This document shows positions 1 through 9,186 of a stretch of DNA of 59,842 nt, piece by piece (the first letter of the stretch is position 1; each line of letters starts with the position of its first letter). The notes under the pieces were generated by a model. The model worked only from the letters and a program-made list of their open reading frames with translations, did not search any database and had not been told where the DNA came from. Position numbers and translations under genes: made by a program. The stretch comes from a virus (Duplodnaviria; Caudoviricetes): the IMG/VR virus record IMGVR_UViG_3300022924_000019, positions 1-59,842 of that record; one strand, written 5' to 3'.

Positions 1-126
1 GGGATCACTGACCAGGGGCTCCCGCCGCCGTCCGTCTGGGCAGACCTGATCGACTATCGGGCGAAGCCGCTGGGCCGCGTCAAGATGCGGTTCATGTCGG
101 TCAGAGACTCGATGATCGACGACCCC
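1..126. repeat. Terminal direct repeat, copy 1 (assembly overlap of a circular contig)
   Basis: 1-126 is identical to 59710-59835 and falls inside an open reading frame. Confidence 0.95.
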
Positions 127-438
127 GACGTCGCTTGCGTCCGTGTTGACTGGGGGTCCGATGATCTCAACGTCGAGCGGGAGACCCTGTTCGGAGGTAA
201 GACCCGCGTTCGTTTCGCTGGTGACCTCTGGCCCGAGCCCGAGACCGCCGAGATCCCGGAGGTCAAGATCAAGAGCTTCCGGGGCCTGACCCTCACCGAG
301 GACATGCGCAAGGCCATGGCGGGCTTCCTCCCGGCCGGCGCCGTGCTGCTGGGGGTCGTCAACCGGGCGGTCATCTACGAACTGGACGGGATCAAGTACG
401 AGGCAACCCTGCATCTCGGTCAAGAGGCTCGCGTCTGA
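1..438 (+). CDS. 3' part of a 556-aa hypothetical protein spanning the contig junction
   Basis: In frame with the ORF starting at 58477 (..RTRGITDQG..KMRFMSVRD..); its TGA overlaps the next ATG. Confidence 0.85.
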   Translation, partial: GITDQGLPPPSVWADLIDYRAKPLGRVKMRFMSVRDSMIDDPDVACVRVDWGSDDLNVERETLFGGKTRVRFAGDLWPEPETAEIPEVKIKSFRGLTLTEDMRKAMAGFLPAGAVLLGVVNRAVIYELDGIKYEATLHLGQEARV

Positions 439-767
439 TGGAACATGAAGACCGCTACGACGCAGATCTGATGCGATCAGTTAACGTCATCGAAAGTGAA
501 GCGAGAAAGCGCCGAGAGCTGGGGTGCGCCCTGGTTCTGATCGCGGCAGTCCTGATGTTCATCATCGGCATGACCGCGACTCTGCTGATCCTGGGCACCG
601 AACCGGCTGGCAGTCGGGCCGTGATCGAGACGGAGACCGACGACAACGGGTGCGTCTACGACGTCATCCGCTATCGGTCTGGTGACGAGATCAGACTGGC
701 CCGCGACAACGAGGCGGCCCAGGCCAACCGCTGTGATCCTCCCCAAGCCGGGCACTTCGACCGATGA
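438..767 (+). CDS. Hypothetical membrane protein
   Basis: TGATG coupling; one hydrophobic segment (LGCALVLIAAVLMFIIGMTATLLIL). Confidence 0.75.
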   Translation: MEHEDRYDADLMRSVNVIESEARKRRELGCALVLIAAVLMFIIGMTATLLILGTEPAGSRAVIETETDDNGCVYDVIRYRSGDEIRLARDNEAAQANRCDPPQAGHFDR

Positions 768-792
768 CCCTCCCTCTCTGAAAGAAATCGAA

Positions 793-1248
793 ATGACTTC
801 CGAACCTCAAGACACCATCCTCGACCGCGAGTTCACCGCCCCGGAATGGGATGAACTGACCGCCGCCGCCATCGCCCACAAGGACCGCTTCGGCATCGAC
901 GCGACCAAGAAGATCATCCGCGACGAGGGCAAGGTGATCATGTTGGTCAACTTCCGGGCGACCCGGAACGAGTCGGCTCGCCTGCGAATGCTGCATCGTT
1001 TCGCCGCCAACATGGCCGCCCCTCAAGGGCTGCCGCCGCTCCCCCGGACTTTCACGGCCGAACAGATCGTCGCAGGCGTTCGGGCAGGCGTCCGGCGGCT
1101 CGCCGAGTACTATCCGGACGATCCCGAGATCGCCGAGATGGCGACCCAGTCGCTCGAAGACCCCGATCTCGAACCCGAAGAAGCCGAGATGTTCGCCAAC
1201 CTCGCCAATCTGGTCTTCGACGAACTGACCAAGATGAAGGGCGCCTAA
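793..1248 (+). CDS. Hypothetical protein
   Basis: Phage-like codon usage from MTSEPQ; the start codon lies within a palindrome copy. Confidence 0.75.
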   Translation: MTSEPQDTILDREFTAPEWDELTAAAIAHKDRFGIDATKKIIRDEGKVIMLVNFRATRNESARLRMLHRFAANMAAPQGLPPLPRTFTAEQIVAGVRAGVRRLAEYYPDDPEIAEMATQSLEDPDLEPEEAEMFANLANLVFDELTKMKGA

Positions 1249-1356
1249 GCCATGAACCGAGAATACGAGCCGGGCAGGGGCGCGATCTTTACCGGTCGAT
1301 AACCATACGCCCTGCATTGTCCTCGGGCGGCGATCCTGCTGCCCGAGGAAACCGAG

Positions 1357-1524
1357 ATGAGTAACTGGAAAAACCCCGCCCGGATCTACGAACACGCGAA
1401 CGCCGCGGCCCGAGAGGCAATCGAGCTGCGGAGAAACGGGCAAGACCTACTCGCGAAGATCCGAAGCCAAGATGCCGCCGCGCTTCGTCAGATGGCCCGT
1501 GAGGCCGTTCAGGAGATGAGATGA
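1357..1524 (+). CDS. Small hypothetical protein (55 aa, not in the ORF track)
   Basis: GAGGA RBS; MSNWKNPARIYEH...; ATGA overlap with the next gene. Confidence 0.65.
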   Translation: MSNWKNPARIYEHANAAAREAIELRRNGQDLLAKIRSQDAAALRQMAREAVQEMR

Positions 1525-1832
1525 GCCTTCGTACCCCCTTCCGCCAAGTCGCCCGTGTGTGGCGTTTCTGGCGCGGTAAGCCCCACATGACGATTTCACG
1601 GTTCGGCAGCCGCACCGACAACCCGAAGATCGTTCTCGGAATCGCAGGCGGTCGCCCCCGATGGGGCTGGGCGACGACGAGTCTTATGACCGAGCCTGAC
1701 ACCGACCAGGGTAACGCCCTGATCGAGATGCACGCCAGAACGCTCAACAAGATCACGGCGATCCCCGTGTTGGACCGGCGCCACCTCCACTCCCTGCAAC
1801 CGGGCGGCACCCGCCTTGAGAGGACGACCTGA
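1521..1832 (+). CDS. Hypothetical protein
   Basis: Translationally coupled at both ends. Confidence 0.6.
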   Translation: MSLRTPFRQVARVWRFWRGKPHMTISRFGSRTDNPKIVLGIAGGRPRWGWATTSLMTEPDTDQGNALIEMHARTLNKITAIPVLDRRHLHSLQPGGTRLERTT

Positions 1833-2023
1833 TGAAGGGCCGCATCGAAGTCGAGCGCGTCCCGGCCGCCCCAGGCGTCAACGTCATGGGGGCCGAACAC
1901 AAGGCTGCCCTGAAGCGCGCTCGCACCGCGCATCCCGAAGAAACGATCACATGGTTCCAAGAGGGCGACGTCGGCGCCTGGGGCGACATTGTGATCCAGC
2001 GCACCGGGGAGTCGGAGAAATGA
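1832..2023 (+). CDS. Hypothetical protein
   Basis: GAGG RBS; coupled start and stop. Confidence 0.65.
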   Translation: MKGRIEVERVPAAPGVNVMGAEHKAALKRARTAHPEETITWFQEGDVGAWGDIVIQRTGESEK

Positions 2024-2484
2024 TTTCCGGCCCCAAGTTCGAGACGATCTACGACGGCCGACCGGACCCCCGGTATCATGATCCCTATCTCACCCGAGGG
2101 ACCTGGGGGAAGTGGTTCATGCACGTCTTCTGGCGGGGCGATAAGGACACGGCTTTCCACGACCACAAGCGCGGCTTCTGGACCTTCCCCCTGATCACCT
2201 ACTACGAACACGTCCTCACCGATCAGGGCGAGATCGCGGAAGTCGTCGTCAAGGCCTTCCGGCTGCACTACCGTCCCGCCCGCTACCGTCACAAGCTCAT
2301 CGGCCGGGTGAAGAGCGGCATCCTCGGGAAATACTGGACCAGGGGCGGTCCGATCTTGACGTTCGGCCGTTGGGACTATCGAGAGCCCGAGCGTGACTGG
2401 GGCTTCTGGGTTCTGGTGCAAGGCAGCATGTATCTTTTCGTTCCGTGGAAAGACTACGTCATTGGTCGCGACAAACCGCTATGA
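2020..2484 (+). CDS. Hypothetical protein, possibly cupin-like
   Basis: GGAG RBS; H-x9-FHDH-x10-YYEH pattern. Confidence 0.65.
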   Translation: MISGPKFETIYDGRPDPRYHDPYLTRGTWGKWFMHVFWRGDKDTAFHDHKRGFWTFPLITYYEHVLTDQGEIAEVVVKAFRLHYRPARYRHKLIGRVKSGILGKYWTRGGPILTFGRWDYREPERDWGFWVLVQGSMYLFVPWKDYVIGRDKPL

Positions 2485-2753
2485 CCAACAAGGCTGAGAA
2501 GGTCGCTTACGTCAAGCGCGAGGGCCAGACCCGGAAGCATCACTGCCACTGGCCGGGTTGCGACCAGCAGGTTCCGCCGGCCAAGTGGGGCTGCACGAAA
2601 CACTGGTTCAAGCTGCCCAAGAACCTCCGGGACAAGATCTGGCTCACCTTCCGTCCAGGGCAGGAGAAGACCTACACCCCGTCACGGGAGTATGTCGCGG
2701 TCGCCCGTGAGGTTCAGACTTGGATCAGCGAGAAATTCTACGGCGGATTGTAG
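2481..2753 (+). CDS. Putative Zn-binding protein
   Basis: HCHWPGC-x10-CTKHW; ATGA coupling. Confidence 0.7.
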   Translation: MTNKAEKVAYVKREGQTRKHHCHWPGCDQQVPPAKWGCTKHWFKLPKNLRDKIWLTFRPGQEKTYTPSREYVAVAREVQTWISEKFYGGL

Positions 2754-2797
2754 TTGACACCGGATTTTCCGGTCACTAGAGTTCGGAAATCACTTCC
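2754..2797 (+). promoter_or_regulatory. Sigma70-type promoter with palindromic operator over the start site
   Basis: TTGACA-17-TAGAGT, then GGAAATCACTTCC at 2785-2797. Confidence 0.8.
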
Positions 2798-2813
2798 TGC
2801 AAGGACGACGGCG

Positions 2814-3245
2814 ATGGGCACTAAAAACAACCCCGGCAAGTTCGACTGCTATCATGCGGCCGAGCCCAACGAACCTCAGTTCACCCTTCTCGCGAGAGAC
2901 CCGACAGCTCCGGGTCTCGTGGCGCTTTGGGCAGCAATCCGCCTGGGGGATAAAGAGGGTGTCGCCCTCGCCATGTCCCGCCTCGCCGAAAGCATCGACG
3001 TCATCGGCAATAAGATCGGCTCCGAGGAGTTGAAAGCCAAGGCTGATGAAGCCCTGGCCTGCGCCAACGCGATGCAGGAGTGGCGGCAGACCCGGACCTA
3101 CCGGCTGTTCCTCACCGGGCCGCTCGGACACGAGTCATACTGGACCACCGTTACGCAATCCTGGGTCGATGAGAACGGCAAGACCGGAATCAAGGACGAC
3201 GGCATGTCCACTTGGCGTGTCGAGCGGATCAAGGAGCCCGGCTGA
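2814..3245 (+). CDS. Hypothetical phage protein
   Basis: AAGGA RBS; MGTKNNPGKFDCY..EPQFTLLARDP N-terminus. Confidence 0.75.
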   Translation: MGTKNNPGKFDCYHAAEPNEPQFTLLARDPTAPGLVALWAAIRLGDKEGVALAMSRLAESIDVIGNKIGSEELKAKADEALACANAMQEWRQTRTYRLFLTGPLGHESYWTTVTQSWVDENGKTGIKDDGMSTWRVERIKEPG

Positions 3246-3568
3246 TGCCCGATTTCGATTTTGAGAAGGTCCGTCAGACTTTGCAGCAGGAGCAACCTCG
3301 GAAGCAACCCAAGCGGGACGATCCCGGTGCCGATGGCGACATGCGGATCGTCAAGCATCCGAAGTACTTCCCTCCGCGATACGAGGTCCAATGGTACGGG
3401 ACCGTGGACAACGCGGCCGGTTGTAGCACGGGCTGGCGGACTGCAAGGGGTTTCGGCGACGAAGGCTTCTTCCCGTCCGAGGAGCTGGCCACCGAAGCGA
3501 TCCTCGGGTCGTTCGTGGTGAAGAAGTACTCGCGCGCCGAGGTCACCGCAATCCAGGCCGCCCGCTAA
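3245..3568 (+). CDS. Hypothetical protein
   Basis: AAGGAG RBS; TGATG coupling. Confidence 0.7.
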   Translation: MPDFDFEKVRQTLQQEQPRKQPKRDDPGADGDMRIVKHPKYFPPRYEVQWYGTVDNAAGCSTGWRTARGFGDEGFFPSEELATEAILGSFVVKKYSRAEVTAIQAAR

Positions 3569-3798
3569 TGCCCTTCAAGCTCACCCCTTCCATCCGCGTC
3601 GAGATCGACCGCAATCCCGGTCTCGTCAGCGCCTTCTTCGATTTCCTGCTGGCCCAGCGCGTCTACAGCATCCGAGGCGGCGGCAGTTCGGGTCCAGGCT
3701 GGTACGTCGGATTCTTCGACGCCGAGGACGCGCCGGCCCTTCAGAAGTTCTTCGAAACCAACGGCAAGAAACGCCATCACCCCAAGAGGAAGCTCTGA
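3568..3798 (+). CDS. Hypothetical protein
   Basis: TAATG coupling. Confidence 0.65.
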   Translation: MPFKLTPSIRVEIDRNPGLVSAFFDFLLAQRVYSIRGGGSSGPGWYVGFFDAEDAPALQKFFETNGKKRHHPKRKL

Positions 3799-3974
3799 TG
3801 GTCACCGCGACGGATGAAGCAATTCTGCGGGCTTTCGCCAAGAGGATCGGCGACCTTTCGACCGCTCTACGCATTCAACACACGATGATGGGTCTCCCTC
3901 ATGAATGTGCTTCCGCTCTCGACGATCTCCGCAAAGCTGAAGCCACTCTTCTAGAGCTGGCCGGGAAAAGCTAA
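3798..3974 (+). CDS. Small hypothetical protein (58 aa, not in the ORF track)
   Basis: GAGGA RBS; TGATG coupling; fills the gap between neighbours. Confidence 0.55.
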   Translation: MVTATDEAILRAFAKRIGDLSTALRIQHTMMGLPHECASALDDLRKAEATLLELAGKS

Positions 3975-3978
3975 GACG

Positions 3979-4284
3979 ATGACCTACCACTTCACTCGCC
4001 GCGCCGTTCTTGCCTCCCGCAAGGGCGACGTTGAACAGTTCCAAGAGCGCTTTGACGCGACCAGTCTCCCGGCCGCCAAGGCGATCTGCCGCAAGACCTG
4101 GGCAGCCGTGGCCTCGACCCTCCCCCTCAACCACGGGCAGGCCGTCAAGGTCGAACTCTACAGCCGCAGCGGGTGGAGTTTCGGAGACGCCGGCCATGGC
4201 CGGCTGATCGCCACTCTGGTCGGTGTTCCCGCCAGTCGTAAGAAACCCCAGTGGAAGAAAGCCGAGCCTGATGCGAACGGTTGA
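3979..4284 (+). CDS. Hypothetical protein
   Basis: Operon position and codon usage. Confidence 0.6.
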   Translation: MTYHFTRRAVLASRKGDVEQFQERFDATSLPAAKAICRKTWAAVASTLPLNHGQAVKVELYSRSGWSFGDAGHGRLIATLVGVPASRKKPQWKKAEPDANG

Positions 4285-4597
4285 CCAAATCATTCTCGGC
4301 CTTCAACGGGCCGTCGCCGCAATGCCCACGATGCCCGGCGCCGTTCGCAAGAGCCTGCCCCGGATCTCGTGGTTCAAGGGCGGTTCGCATGACGTCCTCC
4401 GTTTCGCGGCCAAGGTGGCGAAGCGGGAGGCGATGCTTCGGGAAGAGAAGCGTCAGAAGTTCCTTGCGACCCTGTCTGCCAAGAACCCGCAACTCCCTCT
4501 CGGGAAACGCGGTCTGATCGGACAGCCGGCCAGTACGCTCATCGACACCAACGTCAGCATCGAATCGTTGCTGCCCAAGAAGGATGCTCAGCCGTGA
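4271..4597 (+). CDS. Basic hypothetical protein
   Basis: Operon position; GTGA overlap with the next gene. Confidence 0.6.
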   Translation: MRTVDQIILGLQRAVAAMPTMPGAVRKSLPRISWFKGGSHDVLRFAAKVAKREAMLREEKRQKFLATLSAKNPQLPLGKRGLIGQPASTLIDTNVSIESLLPKKDAQP

Positions 4598-5565
4598 CCG
4601 AATCCCTCGACACCCCCGAAGTCGTCCGCTACCTGATCCGCCCCATCGAGATCGAGCTGCCCCAGAAGGGCAAATGGGAGATTGCGTGGATCGAAGGTGA
4701 CCCCTCCGGCTACGTCCATCGAGTCGACGGCAACTTCGCGCAAGGCTACACGCCCGACAATCCGACTGACGTGACCCTCGCGCTCGCCAGCCTCATCGAG
4801 ACCATGCGGGACCAGATCGAAGAGCTGACGGCGACCCAGCCGCACGGCCAAGCGGCACCCGTGGCGGGGCAGAACGACGAGCCGTGCAAGAAGATCGCCC
4901 TCGACTTGGCGGAAGCGGCAACGAAGGACTGGCTCGAAGCCAATCAAGCTGTCGTCCCGGAGCATCCGACCCCCGTGGTCGTGGACCTCATCGCCCGAAT
5001 CACCGCTGTCATGGCCCGCGCCCTGGCCCAACACGCTGACCGCATTGATCAGGTCGTCCTAGAAGCCGATGGACAGGCGAAGACGGCCTCCCGCTGGTAT
5101 CGTCGCGCCATGTTCGCCGAGGCCGCCCTAGAGCCTCTGGCAGCCCGCGGCGCCGAGGTTCGGGAACAGGACGGCTCGACCCCGTCCAAGCGGTGTTCCG
5201 TGGACACGGGCGACCTGATGGCGGCAGCCGAAGTTTTCGGCCGGCTTGACGACGTCCAGCACGTCAACTTCGAGGACTGGGTTCGGAACCGCCGCCAAGC
5301 CAAGATCGCCGAACGTTTGCCGATGGCTCCGGACGACACCCGGTTCTTCCTTCGGGATCGCTCGCCTCGGATGGAGGTGACAACCGGCATGTCGTGGCTC
5401 TTCGCAGCCGGCGAGCGTCCGACCGACGCCGAGTTCAAGGTTGACCTTGGGCTCGTGCTGATGACCCTGATCTTCCTGGCCCAGCGTCGGGGCCTCTCGC
5501 TCGCCGAGGCAGAACGGGACGCCTACGAGAACCTTCTGAGCAATCCGGCTCCGAAAAAGGATTGA
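4594..5565 (+). CDS. Hypothetical protein (C-terminus weakly MazG-like)
   Basis: 323-aa ORF with AAGGA RBS; DLGLVLMTLIFLAQRRGLSL helix pair. Confidence 0.7.
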   Translation: MTESLDTPEVVRYLIRPIEIELPQKGKWEIAWIEGDPSGYVHRVDGNFAQGYTPDNPTDVTLALASLIETMRDQIEELTATQPHGQAAPVAGQNDEPCKKIALDLAEAATKDWLEANQAVVPEHPTPVVVDLIARITAVMARALAQHADRIDQVVLEADGQAKTASRWYRRAMFAEAALEPLAARGAEVREQDGSTPSKRCSVDTGDLMAAAEVFGRLDDVQHVNFEDWVRNRRQAKIAERLPMAPDDTRFFLRDRSPRMEVTTGMSWLFAAGERPTDAEFKVDLGLVLMTLIFLAQRRGLSLAEAERDAYENLLSNPAPKKD

Positions 5566-5605
5566 CACCATTTTTCGGTTCACCTAGACATTGGAAATCA
5601 ATTCC
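5562..5605 (+). promoter_or_regulatory. Sigma70-type promoter with palindromic operator over the start site
   Basis: TTGACA-17-TAGACA, then GGAAATCAATTCC at 5593-5605; same spacing as the 2754 promoter. Confidence 0.8.
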
Positions 5606-5619
5606 AAGGAACGACGGCG

Positions 5620-5889
5620 ATGAACCCTCTGCAACACTTCTCGCGCTTCATTCGACTCCGGCTGAACGGCTGGCGGATCGACGAAGACCTCTGGTTCACC
5701 CGTAAACTGAAACCGGACGAAGTTCTTCCTGAGATCGACGACGCCTCGGGCTTCTACACCTACGACGGCCTGCGCGTGTACGTCCGCTATGCGGGGCAGG
5801 CCGACGACTTCGACCAGGGTAAGCCGGTGACCCCGTGGACCGACGACAAGCCCCGCGGCTGGGCCGGGCTCCCGATGGAAGATCACTAA
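5620..5889 (+). CDS. Hypothetical protein
   Basis: AAGGA RBS after the promoter. Confidence 0.7.
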   Translation: MNPLQHFSRFIRLRLNGWRIDEDLWFTRKLKPDEVLPEIDDASGFYTYDGLRVYVRYAGQADDFDQGKPVTPWTDDKPRGWAGLPMEDH

Positions 5890-5890
5890 G

Positions 5891-6166
5891 GTGGCCTTCT
5901 ACGCGGTCATCGGAGTTGCCGGGGTCGATGGGATCAAGGCGGGAGATATCCTCGTCATCGACCCTCTCTCGGGCGTCGTCTACCCGATGCACAACATTCC
6001 GCAGGAAGGCCCGCCAGTCGTGAACCAGATCGACCCGGACAAAGAGTATGCGGCGGCCAAGGCCAACAAAGCCGCAGGGATGATCGGCGAAGAAGCCTTC
6101 GGCGCTATCGTTGACAGGATCATGGACGCGAACCCGGCGTGGTTCCCTCCGGAGGACAAGACGTGA
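5891..6166 (+). CDS. Hypothetical protein
   Basis: GTG start; tight gene packing. Confidence 0.6.
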   Translation: MAFYAVIGVAGVDGIKAGDILVIDPLSGVVYPMHNIPQEGPPVVNQIDPDKEYAAAKANKAAGMIGEEAFGAIVDRIMDANPAWFPPEDKT

Positions 6167-7245
6167 GCCAGGAACTCAGCGCCGAACAGATCAACGCGGT
6201 CTCCCTGGTCGAGAAACTACTTCGCACGGCTGGCCGGTCGCCCGAGGAAGCGGCGATCTATCACGCCAAGGCCCAGCAAGTCATGCTGGACTTCAACCTC
6301 GATCTGGCGACGGTCGAACAGAACAGCGGCGAGTCCGGCAAGCGGATGGACGCCATGCTGAAGGGCGGGCACTTCGAGTGGCAGCGCGACCTCTGGCGGG
6401 ACGTGGCCAGCCTGAACTTTTGCATGTACTTCGCGACCACGGTCTACGAGAAGAAGTTCTCCTGGGCGCCTAACAAGACCAACACCGGCATGGTCAAGGT
6501 CTGGCGGGAACAGCGGTCCCGGCGGCATCAGCTCATCGGTCGGATGGTCAACGTGAAGTCGGCCGAGGTCATGGCCCAGTACCTCGAACAGTCCATCGAC
6601 CGCATCCTTCGGCAGCGCCTGGGCGAGAAGCACTACGGCTTGGTGCAAGAGGCCATCGACCAGCGGTTCACCCGCTCGCAGCTTTACGGCAAATGGGCTA
6701 ACTCCTATCGTGAAGGCGCCGCCGAGGCGATCCAGAGGAAGTTGCGAGCCCGGCGGCAGGAACAACTCAACGAGGAGCGAGCCAAGGTCGAGAAGGCAGC
6801 CGAGGAAGCCCGGCAGCGCGGCTTCGAGAACGCTACGACGGCGACGGCAGTCACTATCGCCAGCTTCAGCAAGAGCGAGAAGATCGCCAACTACGACTTC
6901 AAACACGGTGAAGGCGCATGGGCCAGGGCTGAGGCGGCCGACGTCGCGCGACGGGAGCGCAGCGCCCGCTATCTAGCTGAGATGGAGGCCGCCCGCGCCC
7001 GCCGGATCGCCAATGATCCCGAGTACGCTGCCCGGCTCCGTAGGGAGGCCGAGGAAGACGCCAAGCGGGAAGCCCGCAACGCGCGCAAGCGTGAACGCTA
7101 CTACGAACAGAATGGCTATCGGCGAGCCGAGGGGCCGAGCTACAAGGGTGACTGGTCTGCCCGCCGCGCCGGCTACGAAGACGGCCACGCGGTCTCTATT
7201 GACCTTCAGACGGGCGGGACCAAGACGGCGGGAGCAATCGGATGA
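6163..7245 (+). CDS. DUF2786-domain protein
   Basis: N-terminal VEKLLRTA..PEEAAIYHAKAQQVMLDFNL pattern; GGAGG RBS. Confidence 0.75.
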   Translation: MSQELSAEQINAVSLVEKLLRTAGRSPEEAAIYHAKAQQVMLDFNLDLATVEQNSGESGKRMDAMLKGGHFEWQRDLWRDVASLNFCMYFATTVYEKKFSWAPNKTNTGMVKVWREQRSRRHQLIGRMVNVKSAEVMAQYLEQSIDRILRQRLGEKHYGLVQEAIDQRFTRSQLYGKWANSYREGAAEAIQRKLRARRQEQLNEERAKVEKAAEEARQRGFENATTATAVTIASFSKSEKIANYDFKHGEGAWARAEAADVARRERSARYLAEMEAARARRIANDPEYAARLRREAEEDAKREARNARKRERYYEQNGYRRAEGPSYKGDWSARRAGYEDGHAVSIDLQTGGTKTAGAIG

Positions 7246-7604
7246 GCGTTCAGTGGCAGTACATGGGACATGCTATCGAGCATATCCCCATCGGTTCAGG
7301 GGTCGAGTGTGACCCGAGCAAAGGGCAGTATCGCCGCGCGCGGTACGGCGCTGTAGAGCGTCGGGCACGACCCGTCCGACTGGTCCGGAACCACGGGAAC
7401 ATGTATCTTCCGGATCGTTACGAACTGGGACGCAAGTTCTTCTACGACGTCTACGACTGGGGCGATCCGCACGCCCTGTCGATGCACCTGTTCACCGACG
7501 AAAAGTCGCGCGACTACTACCGCCGCAAGGTCGCCAAACGCGCGCCGCTTTGGAGCGGGAAGGTCGGCTTCAAGACGAAGATCTGGGGGAGGAATGCCCG
7601 GTGA
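7242..7604 (+). CDS. Hypothetical protein
   Basis: GGAG RBS; coupled at both ends. Confidence 0.65.
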   Translation: MSVQWQYMGHAIEHIPIGSGVECDPSKGQYRRARYGAVERRARPVRLVRNHGNMYLPDRYELGRKFFYDVYDWGDPHALSMHLFTDEKSRDYYRRKVAKRAPLWSGKVGFKTKIWGRNAR

Positions 7605-8260
7605 CCGTGATCGACTCTTTCTCGGGCCGCTACCGGTTCCTGTCAAACTTCTATCCTGAGCCGGTCGAGTGGGCCGGGCTACGGTGGCCCTCGGTAGAAC
7701 ACGCCTTCCAGGGTGCGAAGCACATGGACCACGGATTTCGCGAACTGATCCGCACCGCACGCACCCCCGCCGAGGCCAAGAGAATCGCCCGGTCCCGTCC
7801 GGCTATCTCCGACTGGGACGATTGGCGGGTTCACGTCATGGACGCGCTCCTGCGGACCAAGTTCTCCGAGTACAAGATGCGGCTGGCTTTGTGCCGCACA
7901 GACCCCGCCGAGCTGATCGAAGGCAACACCTGGGGAGACACCTACTGGGGAGTCTGCAAAGGCGTCGGCGAGAACATGCTCGGCCAGCTCCTCATGAAGA
8001 TCCGGTCGGAACCGTTCCTCTGGAATCGAGCCGCCGGAGACTATCCGCCGGGCGCCGTTTATATCGGCCGGGGCACGCCCTATGGAAATCGTTTCGTGAT
8101 CGGCCAGGACGGCGACCGGGAAGAAGTGGTTCGTCGCTTCGAGTGCGAAGTACTGCCGACGCTCGACGTCTCCGATCTGCGCGGCAAGCATCTTGTCTGC
8201 TCGTGCGTTCCGAAAGCCTGCCATGGCCGGCCGATCATGCGAAAGGCGAACCTCCCGTGA
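7601..8260 (+). CDS. NADAR (YbiA-like) domain fused to a DUF4326 domain
   Basis: FLSNFY..SVEHAFQGAK..LRTKF..LIEGNTWGDTYWG..GENMLGQLLM, then VYIGRGTPYGNRF..LRGKHLVCSC.PKACHG. Confidence 0.85.
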   Translation: MTVIDSFSGRYRFLSNFYPEPVEWAGLRWPSVEHAFQGAKHMDHGFRELIRTARTPAEAKRIARSRPAISDWDDWRVHVMDALLRTKFSEYKMRLALCRTDPAELIEGNTWGDTYWGVCKGVGENMLGQLLMKIRSEPFLWNRAAGDYPPGAVYIGRGTPYGNRFVIGQDGDREEVVRRFECEVLPTLDVSDLRGKHLVCSCVPKACHGRPIMRKANLP

Positions 8261-9186
8261 CTGACGGACCCCAAGAGCTGAAGGGCACGTTCCGCAAGTA
8301 CCGGGATCACAACTTCCGGCCCGAAACGCGACTCCTGATCGGGCAGATCAATAGCCTGATCTCGGAGTACGACGACATGGGTATGAAGATGAGCGTTCGC
8401 CAGATCTTCTATCAGCTCGTCGGCATCGACCAGATCGACAACGACGACCGTGAGTATGAGCGGATCAGCAAGACGATCTCAAACGCCCGCATGGCCGGGC
8501 TGATCTCGTGGGACGCCATTGAGGACCGCAATCGGAACCTCGCCGGCCTGCGGACGTGGCGCCACCCCAAGGACGCCTTGGAAGAAGCCCATACCAACTA
8601 CCGCCTGAACTGGTGGGAGAACCAACACTACTTCCCGGAAGTCTGGGTCGAGAAGGCCGCTCAAGAGGGCACGGTCGGACAAATCTGCGACGAGCTTCAG
8701 GTCAACTTCCTGGCCCTGCGCGGGTACAACAGCCAGTCCGAGCAATGGGCGGCGGCGCAGCGGTTCCGTCGTGCGATCAACCGCGGGCAGACCCCCATCG
8801 TCTTCCACCTGGGCGACCACGACTACTCGGGCATGGACATGACGCGCGACAACCGTGACCGACTCGAGATCTTCTGCGGCACCCCGATCATCGTTCAGCG
8901 GCTCGCCCTGAACATGAACCAGATCGAGGAGTTCAACCCGCCGCCTAATATGGGAAAGTCGAAGGACTCCCGGAAGGAAGACTACTTCAAGAAGTTCAAG
9001 ACCTACTCAACCTGGGAACTGGACGCGCTGAAGCCCACGATCATCAAAGACCTGATCAAGGACGCCATCATGCGCATCCGGGATGAGGACAAGTGGGATG
9101 AAACTCTCGCTCGGGAGGTCTGCGACAAGCGCGAGATCGCCGAGCTTCTGGAACAGTACGGGACCGACGACCATGAAAACGCATGA
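8257..9186 (+). CDS. Topoisomerase VI-A/Spo11-like (Mini-A-like) WHD-TOPRIM protein
   Basis: SVRQIFYQLV (putative catalytic Tyr), EVWVEK, LGDHDYSG (DxD), RLALN, WELDAL. Confidence 0.7.
   Translation: MTDGPQELKGTFRKYRDHNFRPETRLLIGQINSLISEYDDMGMKMSVRQIFYQLVGIDQIDNDDREYERISKTISNARMAGLISWDAIEDRNRNLAGLRTWRHPKDALEEAHTNYRLNWWENQHYFPEVWVEKAAQEGTVGQICDELQVNFLALRGYNSQSEQWAAAQRFRRAINRGQTPIVFHLGDHDYSGMDMTRDNRDRLEIFCGTPIIVQRLALNMNQIEEFNPPPNMGKSKDSRKEDYFKKFKTYSTWELDALKPTIIKDLIKDAIMRIRDEDKWDETLAREVCDKREIAELLEQYGTDDHENA

Noticed and set aside
5400-5565. Active MazG-type pyrophosphatase in the 4594 ORF
   Set aside because: The EExxE/ExxD metal ligands are not evident; only the helix pattern is similar.
7669-8256. 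N-terminal extension of the 505-aa ORF, and similar upstream starts in the track
   Set aside because: It overlaps the NADAR gene; the coupled GTG at 8257 is the plausible start.
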